NCBI GenBank assembly: GCA_963743305.1
Contig: CAVUPH010000026.1
Coordinates: 1-64,000 of the forward strand
DNA length: 64,000 nucleotides
Reading direction: 5' to 3'
Source: an uncultured delta proteobacterium
Lineage (GTDB): Bacteria; Desulfobacterota; RBG-13-43-22
Numbering within the stretch: position 1 is the first letter of the stretch; every line of letters starts with the position of its first letter. A program made the translations under genes and the position numbers. Below are positions 30,618 through 40,698 of this stretch, one piece after another. The notes under the pieces are model-generated. The model searched no databases and was not told the origin of the DNA. It saw only the letters and a list, made by a program, of their open reading frames with translations.

Positions 30618-31899
30618 ATGGCGTTTCTGCATTTAAATAACATGGCATTCAGTGTTGAAAAGCAAAGCCCTATCACCATAACTAAAGCGACTTTTCCGCT
30701 CCGATATGGAACATACTCAGAGATTAAAACCTCCGAATTCGAATTCATTTTTAATCTAAATGGTGAAATAAAATTTATTCGAGGACTAAATGCAAACTGG
30801 CCTCATCCTGCCGCGCAGCTCAAACGGGAACGGCACTGGCAATGATTGGGTGTACTATTCTCGTCGGCGACGTTAGCGGGGATAGCGGCATTATTTCCAT
30901 GGATGGGCGAGTATTATCTACCTTGTCTTCCCTTATCCCAGCAACGTAGTATGGGAGGTCAACGTATTCCACAAACCCGGTATAATGAAGGCGTTCGCAG
31001 CATGGTCCCAATTGTATGCCGACCTTTATGGCGCGCAAAAAGCTGGACTGCATCCCAAAACCAATGATTTGATAAGGCGGATTTTGCAGAACCACGATGG
31101 TGTACTTTATGAGCGATCTCAGAAATTGAATACATCATCGGCGAACGGTGACCGTTCTTCCGCCAGATACGCGACACGTCGATTACGAGATCATTCCAAT
31201 TATTATCGCAGATGGATGTCTCTATCACTGTGATTTTTGCTGCGTCAAATCCGGACAAAATTTTCATAAACGTGCCATAAGCGAGATCCTCGTGCAGATA
31301 CAACAACTTAAAGTCCATTATGGACGCAATATTCAGAACTTAAATGCACTATTTTTAGGAAATCACGATGCACTTGCGGCTGGGGATGAATTAATATGTT
31401 TCACTGCATCTGAAGCCTTTAAATCTTTTTATCTTGAAAACGCACGAGTTATGACTCCTTTCCTTTTTTTGTTTGGAAGCGTGGATTCCCTACTCAATTC
31501 TAAAGAGGAGCTATTTAAGAAACTCAGCCAACTTCCTTACTATACCTACGTTAACATTGGATTCGAGTCTGTTGATACATCAACTTTGAGTTTCATTCAA
31601 AAACCTGTCGATGCATCTAAAGTCGGGCCGCTTTCCAGAAAATGCTCGAAATTAATGATAATTATACAAACATTGAGATTACAGGCAATTTTCTCGGTGG
31701 AGAACAACTTTCGTCTGAACACTACCAATCCCTTACCAAGTTGCTTCGAGACCTATCAAGTCCATCAAAGGGAAGGGGCGCAATTTACCTGTCCCCATTA
31801 AAGGATAGCCCCAAAAGGCGTGAATTATTACCTCGCTTTTTTGAAATAAAGAACCAAAGTAAACCGCCGGTTGATATTTATTTGATTCAGCGATTATAA
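30618..31899 (+). CDS. Radical SAM protein, multiple frameshifts
   Basis: VLPPDTRHVDYEIIPIIIADGCLYHCDFC (CxxxCxxC) and NIGFES; low GC; pieces in about 5 frames. Confidence 0.75.
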
Positions 31900-31929
31900 T
31901 GAGGGCGAGGGAGATAATAGGACGAACAC

Positions 31930-31992
31930 TTTACCGGGCCAGGCACCGGAACGGCAGGAAACGGTTCTTGCCTCCCGGTGATGGCCCAACCC
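31930..31992 (+). other. attC-like stem with eroded R boxes
   Basis: gggccaggcaccggaacggcagga pairs with tcttgcctcccggtgatggccc, with bulges. Confidence 0.5.
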
Positions 31993-32011
31993 AAAAGAAA
32001 GGATCTTATTT

Positions 32012-32566
32012 ATGCTGAGAACACGAATTTTGTTGGTTGTCGTTTTTTGCTTGGCCTCCACGGTAGTCTACGCGGGCGCCTTTACCCTTACCAGTCCAAC
32101 CATTAAATCCGGGGCTCTTCTTACCGAGGAACAGGTGTTTAATGGATTCGGGTGCACGGGAAAGAATCAATCCCCAGCGCTTCAATGGACGGCAGGTCCA
32201 ACGGGAACGAAAAGCTACGCGCTTACCGTTTATGATCCTGACGCGCCGACGGGGTCGGGCTGGTGGCATTGGGTCGTCTACAATATCCCGGCTAATGTTA
32301 CCGAACTCCCGGTGGGCGCCGGCGATCAAGCGGGGAAGTTGTTGCCTGCGGGCGCCGTTCAAGGGCGCACGGATTTTGGGACCCACGCTTTTGGCGGCGC
32401 CTGCCCGCCACAAGGAGATAAGCCCCACCGCTATATTTTTACGGTTTATTCACTCAAGATCGAAAAAATAGACGTTCCCTCTGATGCGACCGCTGCCTTA
32501 ATCGGCTTCATGATTAATGCCAACTCCCTGGGGAAAGCCAGCTTTACGGCCAGGTATGGTCGCTGA
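32012..32566 (+). CDS. YbhB/YbcL (PEBP/Raf kinase inhibitor-like) exported protein
   Basis: YDPDAPTGSGWWHW, GACPP..PHRYIFTV and a signal peptide. Confidence 0.92.
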   Translation: MLRTRILLVVVFCLASTVVYAGAFTLTSPTIKSGALLTEEQVFNGFGCTGKNQSPALQWTAGPTGTKSYALTVYDPDAPTGSGWWHWVVYNIPANVTELPVGAGDQAGKLLPAGAVQGRTDFGTHAFGGACPPQGDKPHRYIFTVYSLKIEKIDVPSDATAALIGFMINANSLGKASFTARYGR

Positions 32567-32667
32567 CCATTGGGGCGAATTATTTTTGCCCAAATACCGG
32601 CCTGCCCGATGAAAAGAAAGCCTGACGGTGGAGGGAGCGACGTTTCAAAAAGCAAGGAGGGGAAACA

Positions 32668-33190
32668 ATGATTGAAATTTTAAGGTCCCGGCGGAGCATC
32701 CGGAAATACGAGAAGAGAACCCATCGACGAAAAATCTTTGGAGACGTTAAAAGAAGCCTTGCTGCGCTGTCCGTCTTCGCGGGGGATCAATCCCTGGACA
32801 TTCATATTCGTCGATGAGGTCGATCTGCTCGCCGGGCTATCCAAGGCTAAGGAGCACGGTTCGAACTTTCTCAAAAATGCCGCCCTGGCCATTGTGGTCT
32901 GCGGTGACGAGTCCGAATCCGATGTTTGGGTGGAAGATTGTTCCATCGCCGCCATCGTGGCCCATCTTACCGCCCACTCCCTGGGGCTCGGAAGCTGCTG
33001 GGTCCAGATCAGGAAGAGGAGCTATTCCATCGAAAAGACCGCCGAAGAGTATGTCCGGGACCTTCTCGGCATTCCTTCGAACCTGCGGGTGGAATCGATC
33101 ATCAGTATCGGTTTCCCCGGGGAGACCAAGACACCGGTTCCGGCGGAAAAACTACCCTATGAAAAGATAAAGGTCAATCGTTACGAATAA
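32668..33190 (+). CDS. Nitroreductase family protein, one frameshift near the start
   Basis: MIEILRSRRSIRKY, then PSSRGINPW and LGLGSCWVQ. Confidence 0.88.
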
Positions 33191-33204
33191 AGGGATACAG
33201 ACCC

Positions 33205-33390
33205 GCCTGGCACTCCCCTATGAATGGAAGGGAAAGACGATCGACAGTGGGGCCAGCATCGGCGTCGTCATGAACCTAACCGGATATGAACAGACAGATG
33301 ACATCATCCGGGATGCCGATATCGCCATGTATCGCGCCAAGGGCGACGGCGGCAATGCGTTTAGAGTATTTGAAGATTGGTCTCATGAAT
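33205..33390 (+). pseudogene. C-terminal remnant of a GGDEF domain
   Basis: GASIGV...DDIIRDADIAMYRAKGDGGNAFRVF, with no N-terminal part. Confidence 0.7.
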
Positions 33391-33579
33391 CGGAGAGGCC
33401 CTAGGGGGGGCAATCTGATGAAGACGGACTATGGATCAATCAATCGTTATATTAGCGATTTTCTAAATTCCGATTGATCAACCTATCCCCCTCGATCTCA
33501 TCACAAAGATCGTAAAATTCAGAGTCGAAGAAAATTCCGTCGGGTTTCGGGGGACGGGGCGTGAAAGCAGGTTCGGCGA

Positions 33580-34230
33580 TTAGGCGGCGATCCGGCCTTG
33601 TTCGATCCGAATGACCCAGTCGGTGATCCGCTTGACCTGCTCCATATCGTGGGTGGCCATGATCACCAGGGTCCGAGCCTCCCTTCGGAGTTTCAGGATG
33701 ATCTCCTCGATCACCGCGGTATTATGGGGATCGATGGAGGCCGTGGGTTCATCCAGGAAGAGGACTTCCGGTTCCACCACCAAAGCCCGGGCCAGGCCCA
33801 GACGCTGGGTTTCCCCGCTGGAAAGGGTCAGGGCATTCTGATCCTTCTTATGGGCTATCCCCACATAGTCCAGGGCCTCCGAGACTTTATCTTTGATCAG
33901 ACGGGCTGTCCCGCCCCTGATCTTCAGCCCGAAGGCCACATTCTTAAAAACCGAGGTATTAAAAACCCCGACCTTGGGCAAGACCAGGGTGATTCGCCTT
34001 CTGAGTTCCATGTTGGGCGCTATCATCCGGCCCGCGGACTCATAGGTAACGGCTCCCTGGTCAGGACTTTCCAGGAGAGCGCAAATCCTCAGAAAAGTGG
34101 ACTTCCCTCCCCCATTCGGCCCGATCAGACCATAAATCCCGGCCTGTCCAAAGGAATAGGAACAATTTTTGAGAATAGGCTTCCCTTCATATTGCTTGGA
34201 TACGTTGGTTACTTCCAGGGCAAGGCTCAT
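33580..34230 (-). CDS. tupC: Tungstate ABC transporter ATPase
   Basis: GPNGGGKST, LSSGETQR and LDEPTAS; follows tupB. Confidence 0.85.
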   Translation of the reverse strand: MSLALEVTNVSKQYEGKPILKNCSYSFGQAGIYGLIGPNGGGKSTFLRICALLESPDQGAVTYESAGRMIAPNMELRRRITLVLPKVGVFNTSVFKNVAFGLKIRGGTARLIKDKVSEALDYVGIAHKKDQNALTLSSGETQRLGLARALVVEPEVLFLDEPTASIDPHNTAVIEEIILKLRREARTLVIMATHDMEQVKRITDWVIRIEQGRIAA

Positions 34231-34934
34231 CCTTTGCCCCCCAAATCCCCTCGTTTTTGAATCAACCGCAGCGCGAAATTGATCAGCAGGGAGATGGTCA
34301 GCAGAATAGTCCCCAGGGCCAAGGCCAGCTCAAAGTTCCCTTTGTCGGTTTCCAGGGCGATGGTGGTGGTCATGACCCGGGTATAGCCGGCGATATTCCC
34401 CCCCACCATCAGGATCGCGCCTACCTCGGCCATGACCCGTCCGAACCCGGCGATGATCCCGGCCATGATCCCGTAGCGGGCTTCCCTGACCACTAAGATC
34501 GCCTCCTGGGAGGGAGTGGCGCCCAGGGTCTTGGCCGCCTGTCGGATCATGGTCGGAACATTCACAATGGCCGAGTGGCAGAGGGCGCTGACGATGGGAA
34601 AGGCCAGAATGGTCTGGGCAATCACCATCGCCGAGGGAGTATAGAGCAACCCCAGGAACCCGAAAGGTCCTCTCCGGGATAAAAGTAAATAAACAAAAAG
34701 GCCCACCACCACCGGCGGCAGGCCCATAAAGGTATTCAGCAGGTTGATGATCAGACCCCGGCCGGGGAACCTTTTAAGCCCCAACCAGGCGGCCAGGGGA
34801 AGCCCCAGAAGGGTGGCGAGAATCAAGGCCGATCCGGAGACTTTGAGGGACATCCAGATGATCCTCAAGAGTTCCCGGTCCAGATCTCCGATCAGGATCA
34901 AGGCCGCTGAAAAACTATTAAGAATGGAGTCCAC
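34227..34934 (-). CDS. tupB: Tungstate ABC transporter permease
   Basis: MGLPPVVVGL, FGRVMAEVGA and TRVMTTTIALET. Confidence 0.9.
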   Translation of the reverse strand: MDSILNSFSAALILIGDLDRELLRIIWMSLKVSGSALILATLLGLPLAAWLGLKRFPGRGLIINLLNTFMGLPPVVVGLFVYLLLSRRGPFGFLGLLYTPSAMVIAQTILAFPIVSALCHSAIVNVPTMIRQAAKTLGATPSQEAILVVREARYGIMAGIIAGFGRVMAEVGAILMVGGNIAGYTRVMTTTIALETDKGNFELALALGTILLTISLLINFALRLIQKRGDLGGKG

Positions 34935-34993
34935 TCTTGCCTAGCACCCTGAACAGAAACCCGACATTGAAAAAAGGGGTATCCGAAAAATTC

Positions 34994-35833
34994 CTATTTC
35001 GTTTGACCCGCGTTGGGGAAGAAGAGCACGTTCCCGAACTTGTCCTTATAGGAGCCGATGGCCTGCTGTCCCTCTTTGGAGATCAACCAGTTGACAAATT
35101 CCATCGCTTCTTTAAACTTGGCGTGTTTGTATTTTTCCGGGTTGACCGCCATGACGCCATACTGATTGAAGAGCGCCGGGTCCCCCTCCAGGACGATGGT
35201 CATTTCCAGTTTATCTTTGTCCTTGGTGGCCAGCCAGGTGCCCCGGTCGGTCAGGGTATAGCCCTTCTTTTCATTGGCGATCCGCTGTGTCTTTTCCATC
35301 CCCTGTCCGACCTCCAGGTACCAGTCCTGGCCTTTGGGATCCAGTCCCACCTTTTTCCAGAGGGAAAGCTCCATGGTGTTGGTCCCGGATTTATCCCCCC
35401 GGGAGATAAACGGTCCTTTGCCGGCAGCAATTTTGGAGAAGGCCTCGGTGGCCTGCTTCAGCCCCTTTATTTTCAAGGGGTCATTGGCCGGCCCGATAAT
35501 GACAAAATCGTTGTACATGACGTCATGCCGGTTGACGAAATAGCCTTCGGCCGCCGCCTTGAGCTCCAATTCCTTGGCGTGAACCAGGACCACGTCGCAG
35601 TCGCCCCGTTTGCCGATTTCAATGGCCGCTCCGGTGCCCACGGCTACCACATCGACTTTGATCCCGGTCTTTTTCTCAAACAAGGGCAGCAGGTATTCGA
35701 ATAATCCGGAATTCTGGGTGCTGGTGGTCGAGGCGCAACGGATGCGCGTCTGGGCCTGGGCTGTACCATTCAGCAGCAGGGAGCCCGTCATAAAAACAGA
35801 TAAAAACAAAATCATCGCTTTTCTCATCTTCAA
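34994..35833 (-). CDS. tupA: Tungstate-binding periplasmic protein
   Basis: Signal peptide (AQA), STTSTQNSGL, VGTG, VMYNDF, SRGDKSGT and LTDRGT. Confidence 0.92.
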   Translation of the reverse strand: MKMRKAMILFLSVFMTGSLLLNGTAQAQTRIRCASTTSTQNSGLFEYLLPLFEKKTGIKVDVVAVGTGAAIEIGKRGDCDVVLVHAKELELKAAAEGYFVNRHDVMYNDFVIIGPANDPLKIKGLKQATEAFSKIAAGKGPFISRGDKSGTNTMELSLWKKVGLDPKGQDWYLEVGQGMEKTQRIANEKKGYTLTDRGTWLATKDKDKLEMTIVLEGDPALFNQYGVMAVNPEKYKHAKFKEAMEFVNWLISKEGQQAIGSYKDKFGNVLFFPNAGQTK

Positions 35834-35871
35834 CCCTCCTTAATGCTTAACCAGAAAATTCTCCGACAGAA

Positions 35872-35918
35872 GAAAATGCCAAGGCGCGGGGTGGGGTTTC
35901 CCGGCCTTGGCATTTTTT
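35872..35918. terminator. Hairpin between the porin gene and tupA
   Basis: aaaatgccaagg...ccttggcatttttt. Confidence 0.55.
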
Positions 35919-35943
35919 CAGGAAATAGTAAACAGAACCCGGG

Positions 35944-37380
35944 CTACCAGACCACTTCAAAGCGGGTCAAAATGGCCTGTTCATTATCCATTTTTTTACC
36001 GCTGACGGTAATGGGGTCATCGAACTTGGTATAATAATAATTGACCATGAAGCGCAGCATGTCGTTCGGGTACCAGGTCAGACCCAGGGTATAGCCGGAG
36101 GCTTTGGCGGTGTATTTCTTGGGATCGGCAAATCCCAGGTTCAGGATATCCGGGTCCATATCGATCCACTCATATCGGCCCAGGAGCTGGAAGGCGCCAC
36201 AGTATCCCGATTTCCCCAAAACAAAGGGTTTTTTGGGGGTGATTTGCCCCGGCAGCCCGTTCCGCCAGGGTTCCTCTTCACCGGTCAGAAACCATCCCAA
36301 TGAAGCGTAGCCGGCCGTGTTGTCAAAACTGGCCTTCTTCTTGTTGAAGGTCAAATCATTCAACTGCATTTTCATATATTCGGACTTCAGGGAAACCGGA
36401 CCGACCATCCAGGCCAGTTCACCTCCCAAGCGATTGCGGCTGCCGTCCTGGGTCACCGTATCATTAAACTGCAGAAAGGTCGTTCCGCTTTCGGTTTTGT
36501 ATTGAGACCGCCACCAGTCCGTTGCCGGGGTGGTGGTATGCTGGATCCCGGTGGTGAAGGCCCCGCCAATATGGAAGCCTTTTAAGAATTTGTTGTCCAT
36601 CTTGGAGAAGGGCGCCAGGGTAACCCGACCGGCCACGTCTTTCTGGTCGTCCACATCGCTGGAATTGAGCTTCCGGCCGTTGAAGACCCCCAACTGATAA
36701 TAGAGGAGATCTTTGCTGATATTGCCGTGAAGCATGACGCCCACATCCCGGGAAGGAGCAAAATTATCGGACAGGGAGCGTTCCACGAAATCGATCCAGT
36801 TGTCCGAACTCAATTCTTCCAGACTGAAAGGGACCTTGTATTGCCCGAACATCAATTGGGCATAAGGAATGTAATTGATATTCAAAAAGGCATCGTTGAG
36901 CTGGGCGTTCCCCTGGCCCATCTCGTATTCCACGCTGAAATTATAGTGTTTGTAGAAAGTACCGATGGCGGCCAGCCGGGCCCGCCGGATCAGAAAGGTG
37001 TCGTTATTGGGATTGTCGTTCAGAAATTGTCGGTAGTCGGCATGCAGCCGTCCGGATAGTCGAAGCTTATTTTCACCATCCGCCGACTCCATGGTAAAAC
37101 CCTTTTTGAAATCCACCTTGGCATTTCCCGCCGGGGCCTTTTCTTCCTTGACCTTCTTTTCCAGTGCCCGCAGTCGGGTCAATTCCGCCTCTTCGGCCTC
37201 GGCCTGCTTCTTCATTTCCTGGTACTTTTCCGGGGTAACCATCTTGCTGTTCAGCAGAATTTCCAGGATCTGTTCATTGAGCGATTTGGCCTGGACCCCT
37301 TGGGGCAGGGCCCATATAAAAATTCCGGTCAGTAAGATGAATCCAATAGACCTGCCAAAGGTTCGCACGTTCCCCTTCAT
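35944..37380 (-). CDS. OprO/OprP-family anion-selective porin
   Basis: Signal peptide, coiled coil, IRRARL, GQYKVPFSLEEL, ERS, RDVG, WFLTGE and terminal W. Confidence 0.88.
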   Translation of the reverse strand: MKGNVRTFGRSIGFILLTGIFIWALPQGVQAKSLNEQILEILLNSKMVTPEKYQEMKKQAEAEEAELTRLRALEKKVKEEKAPAGNAKVDFKKGFTMESADGENKLRLSGRLHADYRQFLNDNPNNDTFLIRRARLAAIGTFYKHYNFSVEYEMGQGNAQLNDAFLNINYIPYAQLMFGQYKVPFSLEELSSDNWIDFVERSLSDNFAPSRDVGVMLHGNISKDLLYYQLGVFNGRKLNSSDVDDQKDVAGRVTLAPFSKMDNKFLKGFHIGGAFTTGIQHTTTPATDWWRSQYKTESGTTFLQFNDTVTQDGSRNRLGGELAWMVGPVSLKSEYMKMQLNDLTFNKKKASFDNTAGYASLGWFLTGEEEPWRNGLPGQITPKKPFVLGKSGYCGAFQLLGRYEWIDMDPDILNLGFADPKKYTAKASGYTLGLTWYPNDMLRFMVNYYYTKFDDPITVSGKKMDNEQAILTRFEVVW

Positions 37381-37415
37381 ATCTCCCTCCTTCATTTTGT
37401 AATTTCTCTGCCATA

Positions 37416-37442
37416 TATGTCAACAAAGGCATATCTGTCAAG
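37416..37442 (-). promoter_or_regulatory. Promoter -35 (TTGACA) with adjacent operator TATGTC-N6-GGCATA for porin-tupABC
   Basis: tatgtcaacaaaggcatatctgtcaag is 23/27 identical to 48302-48328. Confidence 0.75.
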
Positions 37443-37601
37443 TTATTTTTCGATTTCCAGAAATATGAGAAGGACGGATTTTGGGGAGTCGTTGGGGGGA
37501 AGAGGAATAACAACGTCGGATGAAGAAATCCGACCAAAGAAATTATAGAATCAAGGGGATAACCACGGGGAAAAAATTATCAGCACAATGGATGCAAGCA
37601 C

Positions 37602-38106
37602 CTAATCGGGCCGGCCCCGAGGTCCCGCGGCACCCCGGTACAGACCCTCCCCATACCGGTCTTTTCCAAAATCGCCGATGATCTGCTGTCCGCGATCCGA
37701 GGCTAAAAAATTCAGGAACTGTGCCCCCAGCTCCGCCCCGGGGGTGGCCGCGGAAGGCTGGACTAGACCATGGTAGGTATTAACCAGGAAGGGATCTCCT
37801 CGGAAGAGAACCCGTAATTGAGGTAAGCTGCTTTTCTCCATCACCCAGGTGCTGCTGTCGGTGCAGGAGACGCAACGACTCACCGGAACCGGCCTTAATC
37901 CAGCAAAGGGAGGCCCCCGCCTCTTTGGCAAAGGCCTCCCCCAGGACTTTCAGCAACCCTAATTCACCGGGGCTTCCGGTGGCTACCGAAAATGTACGCT
38001 TCCCTGCTCCAAATTCCCCGGTGCAGGCCGCTTGGGCTGATGGTTGAGGCCAGGCGGTAGCCAGTACCAGAGATACCCATAGAGTTATACCGCCGGCTCT
38101 ACGCAT
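37602..38106 (-). pseudogene. TupA-like binding protein with a large internal deletion
   Basis: N-terminal ATGSPGELGLL..KAGSGESL is joined out of frame to TDSSTW..LFRGDPFLVNTY; the SRGD segment is absent. Confidence 0.75.
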
Positions 38107-38115
38107 TTCCCTTGA

Positions 38116-38895
38116 TTACTTGCCCTTGATTACCGAGGGTATGGCCTCGGGATAAAACAAGTTGGTCCCATGCTTCTTATAGCCGGCAATCAGCTTTTGC
38201 CCTTCCAGGGAAGTGACGAAGGTGATAAATTCCATGGCCGCCAGATAATTGGCCTGGGGGAACTTATCCGGACAAACCGCCATGACGCTATAGAAATTCA
38301 GCAGCAAGGGGTCTCCCTTGAAAAGGATCTTCAAATCCAGCTTGGGTTCATATTTCAAGAAAGTCCCTAGATCGGTCAAGGTATAGGCCCCCTGACGATC
38401 CGCCGCGATCAGGGTATCGGCCATATTGGCCCCGGCCTCCTGGTACCAGCTCTTGCCTTTCGGAGTCAGCCCGGCATCGTCCCAGAGGTCCAATTCCCGG
38501 ATGTTGGTCCCCGAATCATCCCCTCGAGAGACAAACAGGCTGCCTTTCTCCGCGATCTCTTCCAAGGCTTCGATGACGGTTTGGGCCTTTTTCACCTTGG
38601 CCGGATCCTTGGCCGGGCCAACAATGGCAAATTCGTTGTACATCACCTCCCGGCGATTTACCCCATACCCTTCAGCAATGAATTTTTCTTCACGAAAGGG
38701 GTCATGGACAAAAAGCACATCGGCTTCTCCCTTTTTGGCCAACCGGATGGCCTTGCCCGTACCCACGGCAATAACCTCCACCTTGACCTGGTATTTCGAA
38801 AATTTCTCATAGGCCGGAATCAAGATGTCAAAAAGGCCTGAATTCTGGGTGCTGGTGGTTGAGGCAACGATCAGCTTGTTTTTTGCTTTAGCCAT
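38116..38895 (-). CDS. TupA paralog lacking a signal peptide
   Basis: MAKAKNKLIVASTTSTQNSGL, VGTG and SRGDDSGT; RBS aaggag just upstream, with AT-rich non-coding DNA before it. Confidence 0.85.
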   Translation of the reverse strand: MAKAKNKLIVASTTSTQNSGLFDILIPAYEKFSKYQVKVEVIAVGTGKAIRLAKKGEADVLFVHDPFREEKFIAEGYGVNRREVMYNEFAIVGPAKDPAKVKKAQTVIEALEEIAEKGSLFVSRGDDSGTNIRELDLWDDAGLTPKGKSWYQEAGANMADTLIAADRQGAYTLTDLGTFLKYEPKLDLKILFKGDPLLLNFYSVMAVCPDKFPQANYLAAMEFITFVTSLEGQKLIAGYKKHGTNLFYPEAIPSVIKGK

Positions 38896-38981
38896 AAGGG
38901 TCTCCTTTTTTGCAGGGTAGTTAAAATATTTATTCTATTAAATTAATACTTTAACCTGGAATGTCAATGGCCTTCCCGTTG

Positions 38982-39905
38982 TTATTTCCCCCCCGGATCA
39001 TCCCCGTGCTGTTTCTTGATAAAATTGTGGTGGGTGGCCGTACCTTCTTTTCGGGCCTGCCCGACGGTCAGGAACTTACCCACCAGGAGCATATGCATTT
39101 CCGGGGGCAGGTTCTGATAATCGATCTCTTTCAAAAACAGGCCGACCGTACTCCGCAGGACTTTTTCTTTTTCCCGGTCTCCGGCGTAAAGCACCACCGC
39201 CACCGGGGTGTTTTTGGAATAATGTTTTTTAAGCTGATCAAACAGCTTGGGATAGTCCAGCTTCATGGTATAAAAAACCATACTGGTTTTATGGGTCATC
39301 AGTTCCCTGTTTCTATCCCGCCGGCCCGGCCAGTCGGTCATGGTTAAAATAACCGAGCTGGTGTCCCAACCATAGGGCGGGCTCATCTTGACCGCGGCGC
39401 TGGAGGCCTGAAAGGCCCCGATCCCGGGGATGATTTCAGAGGGGAAATCCTTGGGCAGCATCTCCAGATAAAAGGTGGTTCCATACATCATGGGGTCCCC
39501 CCACTGGAGGGCCGCCACTTTTTTTCCCTGGGCCACCGCTTCTTTGATCTTGCCGATCATCGACTTTCGGGCTTCGGCGTTCCGGATGGCCTTGGCCCTG
39601 ACTTCGGGGTCTTTCAAGGTCTGCGGATCAATTCCATAATACACCCGGGCGACATGTCCCAGGTACCAGACCGGTTTGTCGCCGATCCACTGTTTCCAAG
39701 CCTCCAGATCCGACTGGTCTTCCAGGATGAAGATATCGGCCTGCTTAACCGTCTCGAGCCCCCGGAGGGTGATCAGGTCCGGGCTGCTGCCCATGCCGAC
39801 GATATAGAATTTTCCTTCGCCGGCCAGCAGAGAGCCGGGAAGAGCCAGCAACAATACCAGCAGGACGCCACTCAGTAACTTTATTAGACGCTCTTCTTTA
39901 AACAT
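38982..39905 (-). CDS. Tetrapyrrole (CobM/CbiF-like) methyltransferase-fold protein with an N-terminal signal peptide
   Basis: LLSGVLLVLLLALPGSLLA precedes FYIVGMGSSPDLITLRG, GDPMMYG, IPGIGAF and TPVAVV. Confidence 0.82.
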   Translation of the reverse strand: MFKEERLIKLLSGVLLVLLLALPGSLLAGEGKFYIVGMGSSPDLITLRGLETVKQADIFILEDQSDLEAWKQWIGDKPVWYLGHVARVYYGIDPQTLKDPEVRAKAIRNAEARKSMIGKIKEAVAQGKKVAALQWGDPMMYGTTFYLEMLPKDFPSEIIPGIGAFQASSAAVKMSPPYGWDTSSVILTMTDWPGRRDRNRELMTHKTSMVFYTMKLDYPKLFDQLKKHYSKNTPVAVVLYAGDREKEKVLRSTVGLFLKEIDYQNLPPEMHMLLVGKFLTVGQARKEGTATHHNFIKKQHGDDPGGK

Positions 39906-39924
39906 ATATCCTTTCCTTTCCAAT

Positions 39925-40698
39925 TTAATTTAATCGGTACACCACCGGGATCGTGATCTGGGCTTCCACGGGGGGACGTGGAAAAGGGGCGCTTTCCATT
40001 AAAGACTCCAGAGCTTTCTGATCCAGGAGTTCATAACCGGAACCCCTGGCCACCCGGGGATCTTTTATCAAGCCATTGGTCGTGATGATAAACGAGAGGA
40101 CGACTTTCCCCTCCCAGCCCAGGCGCCGCGCTATTGCCGGATAGTTGACATTTTTCAGAATCTTGTCCCGAATGTAGGCGAATTGTTCAGCCAGATAACG
40201 GTTTTTGGCCTTCTCGGCGGCACCGCTTTCTAAGTTGGATCCTCCACCACTTCCGCCTTTTCCAATGACCGGTCCGCTCCCGGAAATCCCGGATATACCC
40301 GTTCCACCGGCCTGCCCGTCTGGTTTTCCCGACCCTCCCGGCACATTCGGGACACCCGGCTCTTCCACGGGTACGCTCAAATCCGAAGTGGAATGAATCC
40401 AGGTGGGGGAGGTTCCCGGGACTTTCGGTGCTGCCGGAGGGGGAGGGAGTTTGACCTCTTCCCGGGGAACCGGGGCGGGAACGGCCTGGGATAGTTTTTT
40501 TGATGCCGGCTGGAATGATTTTTTTAGCGGGGTCTCCCGGATTTCTTGAACCGGGGCCGGAGTTGGTTTTTCCAAGTCAAAATCGATGATCACCGGGTGA
40601 TGTTTTTTTATTTCCAGCGTGCTGAGACCCAACACCCCGGCAATCACCACCGCGTGAATGATCAAAGAATATTGGACCCCTCTGGCTTGCGGTTTCAC
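39925..40698 (-). CDS. tonB: Energy transducer TonB
   Basis: SLIIH transmembrane segment, Pro/Gly linker and YPAIARRLGWEGKV...SGYELLD. Confidence 0.92.
   Translation of the reverse strand: MKPQARGVQYSLIIHAVVIAGVLGLSTLEIKKHHPVIIDFDLEKPTPAPVQEIRETPLKKSFQPASKKLSQAVPAPVPREEVKLPPPPAAPKVPGTSPTWIHSTSDLSVPVEEPGVPNVPGGSGKPDGQAGGTGISGISGSGPVIGKGGSGGGSNLESGAAEKAKNRYLAEQFAYIRDKILKNVNYPAIARRLGWEGKVVLSFIITTNGLIKDPRVARGSGYELLDQKALESLMESAPFPRPPVEAQITIPVVYRLN

Larger units (their letters stand above)
23612..33190 (+). mobile_element. Decayed integron cassette array without integrase (CALIN-like)
   Basis: At least 6 attC-like hairpins, all genes co-oriented, heterogeneous base composition and TA cassettes; no intI in the window. 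Confidence 0.65.
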
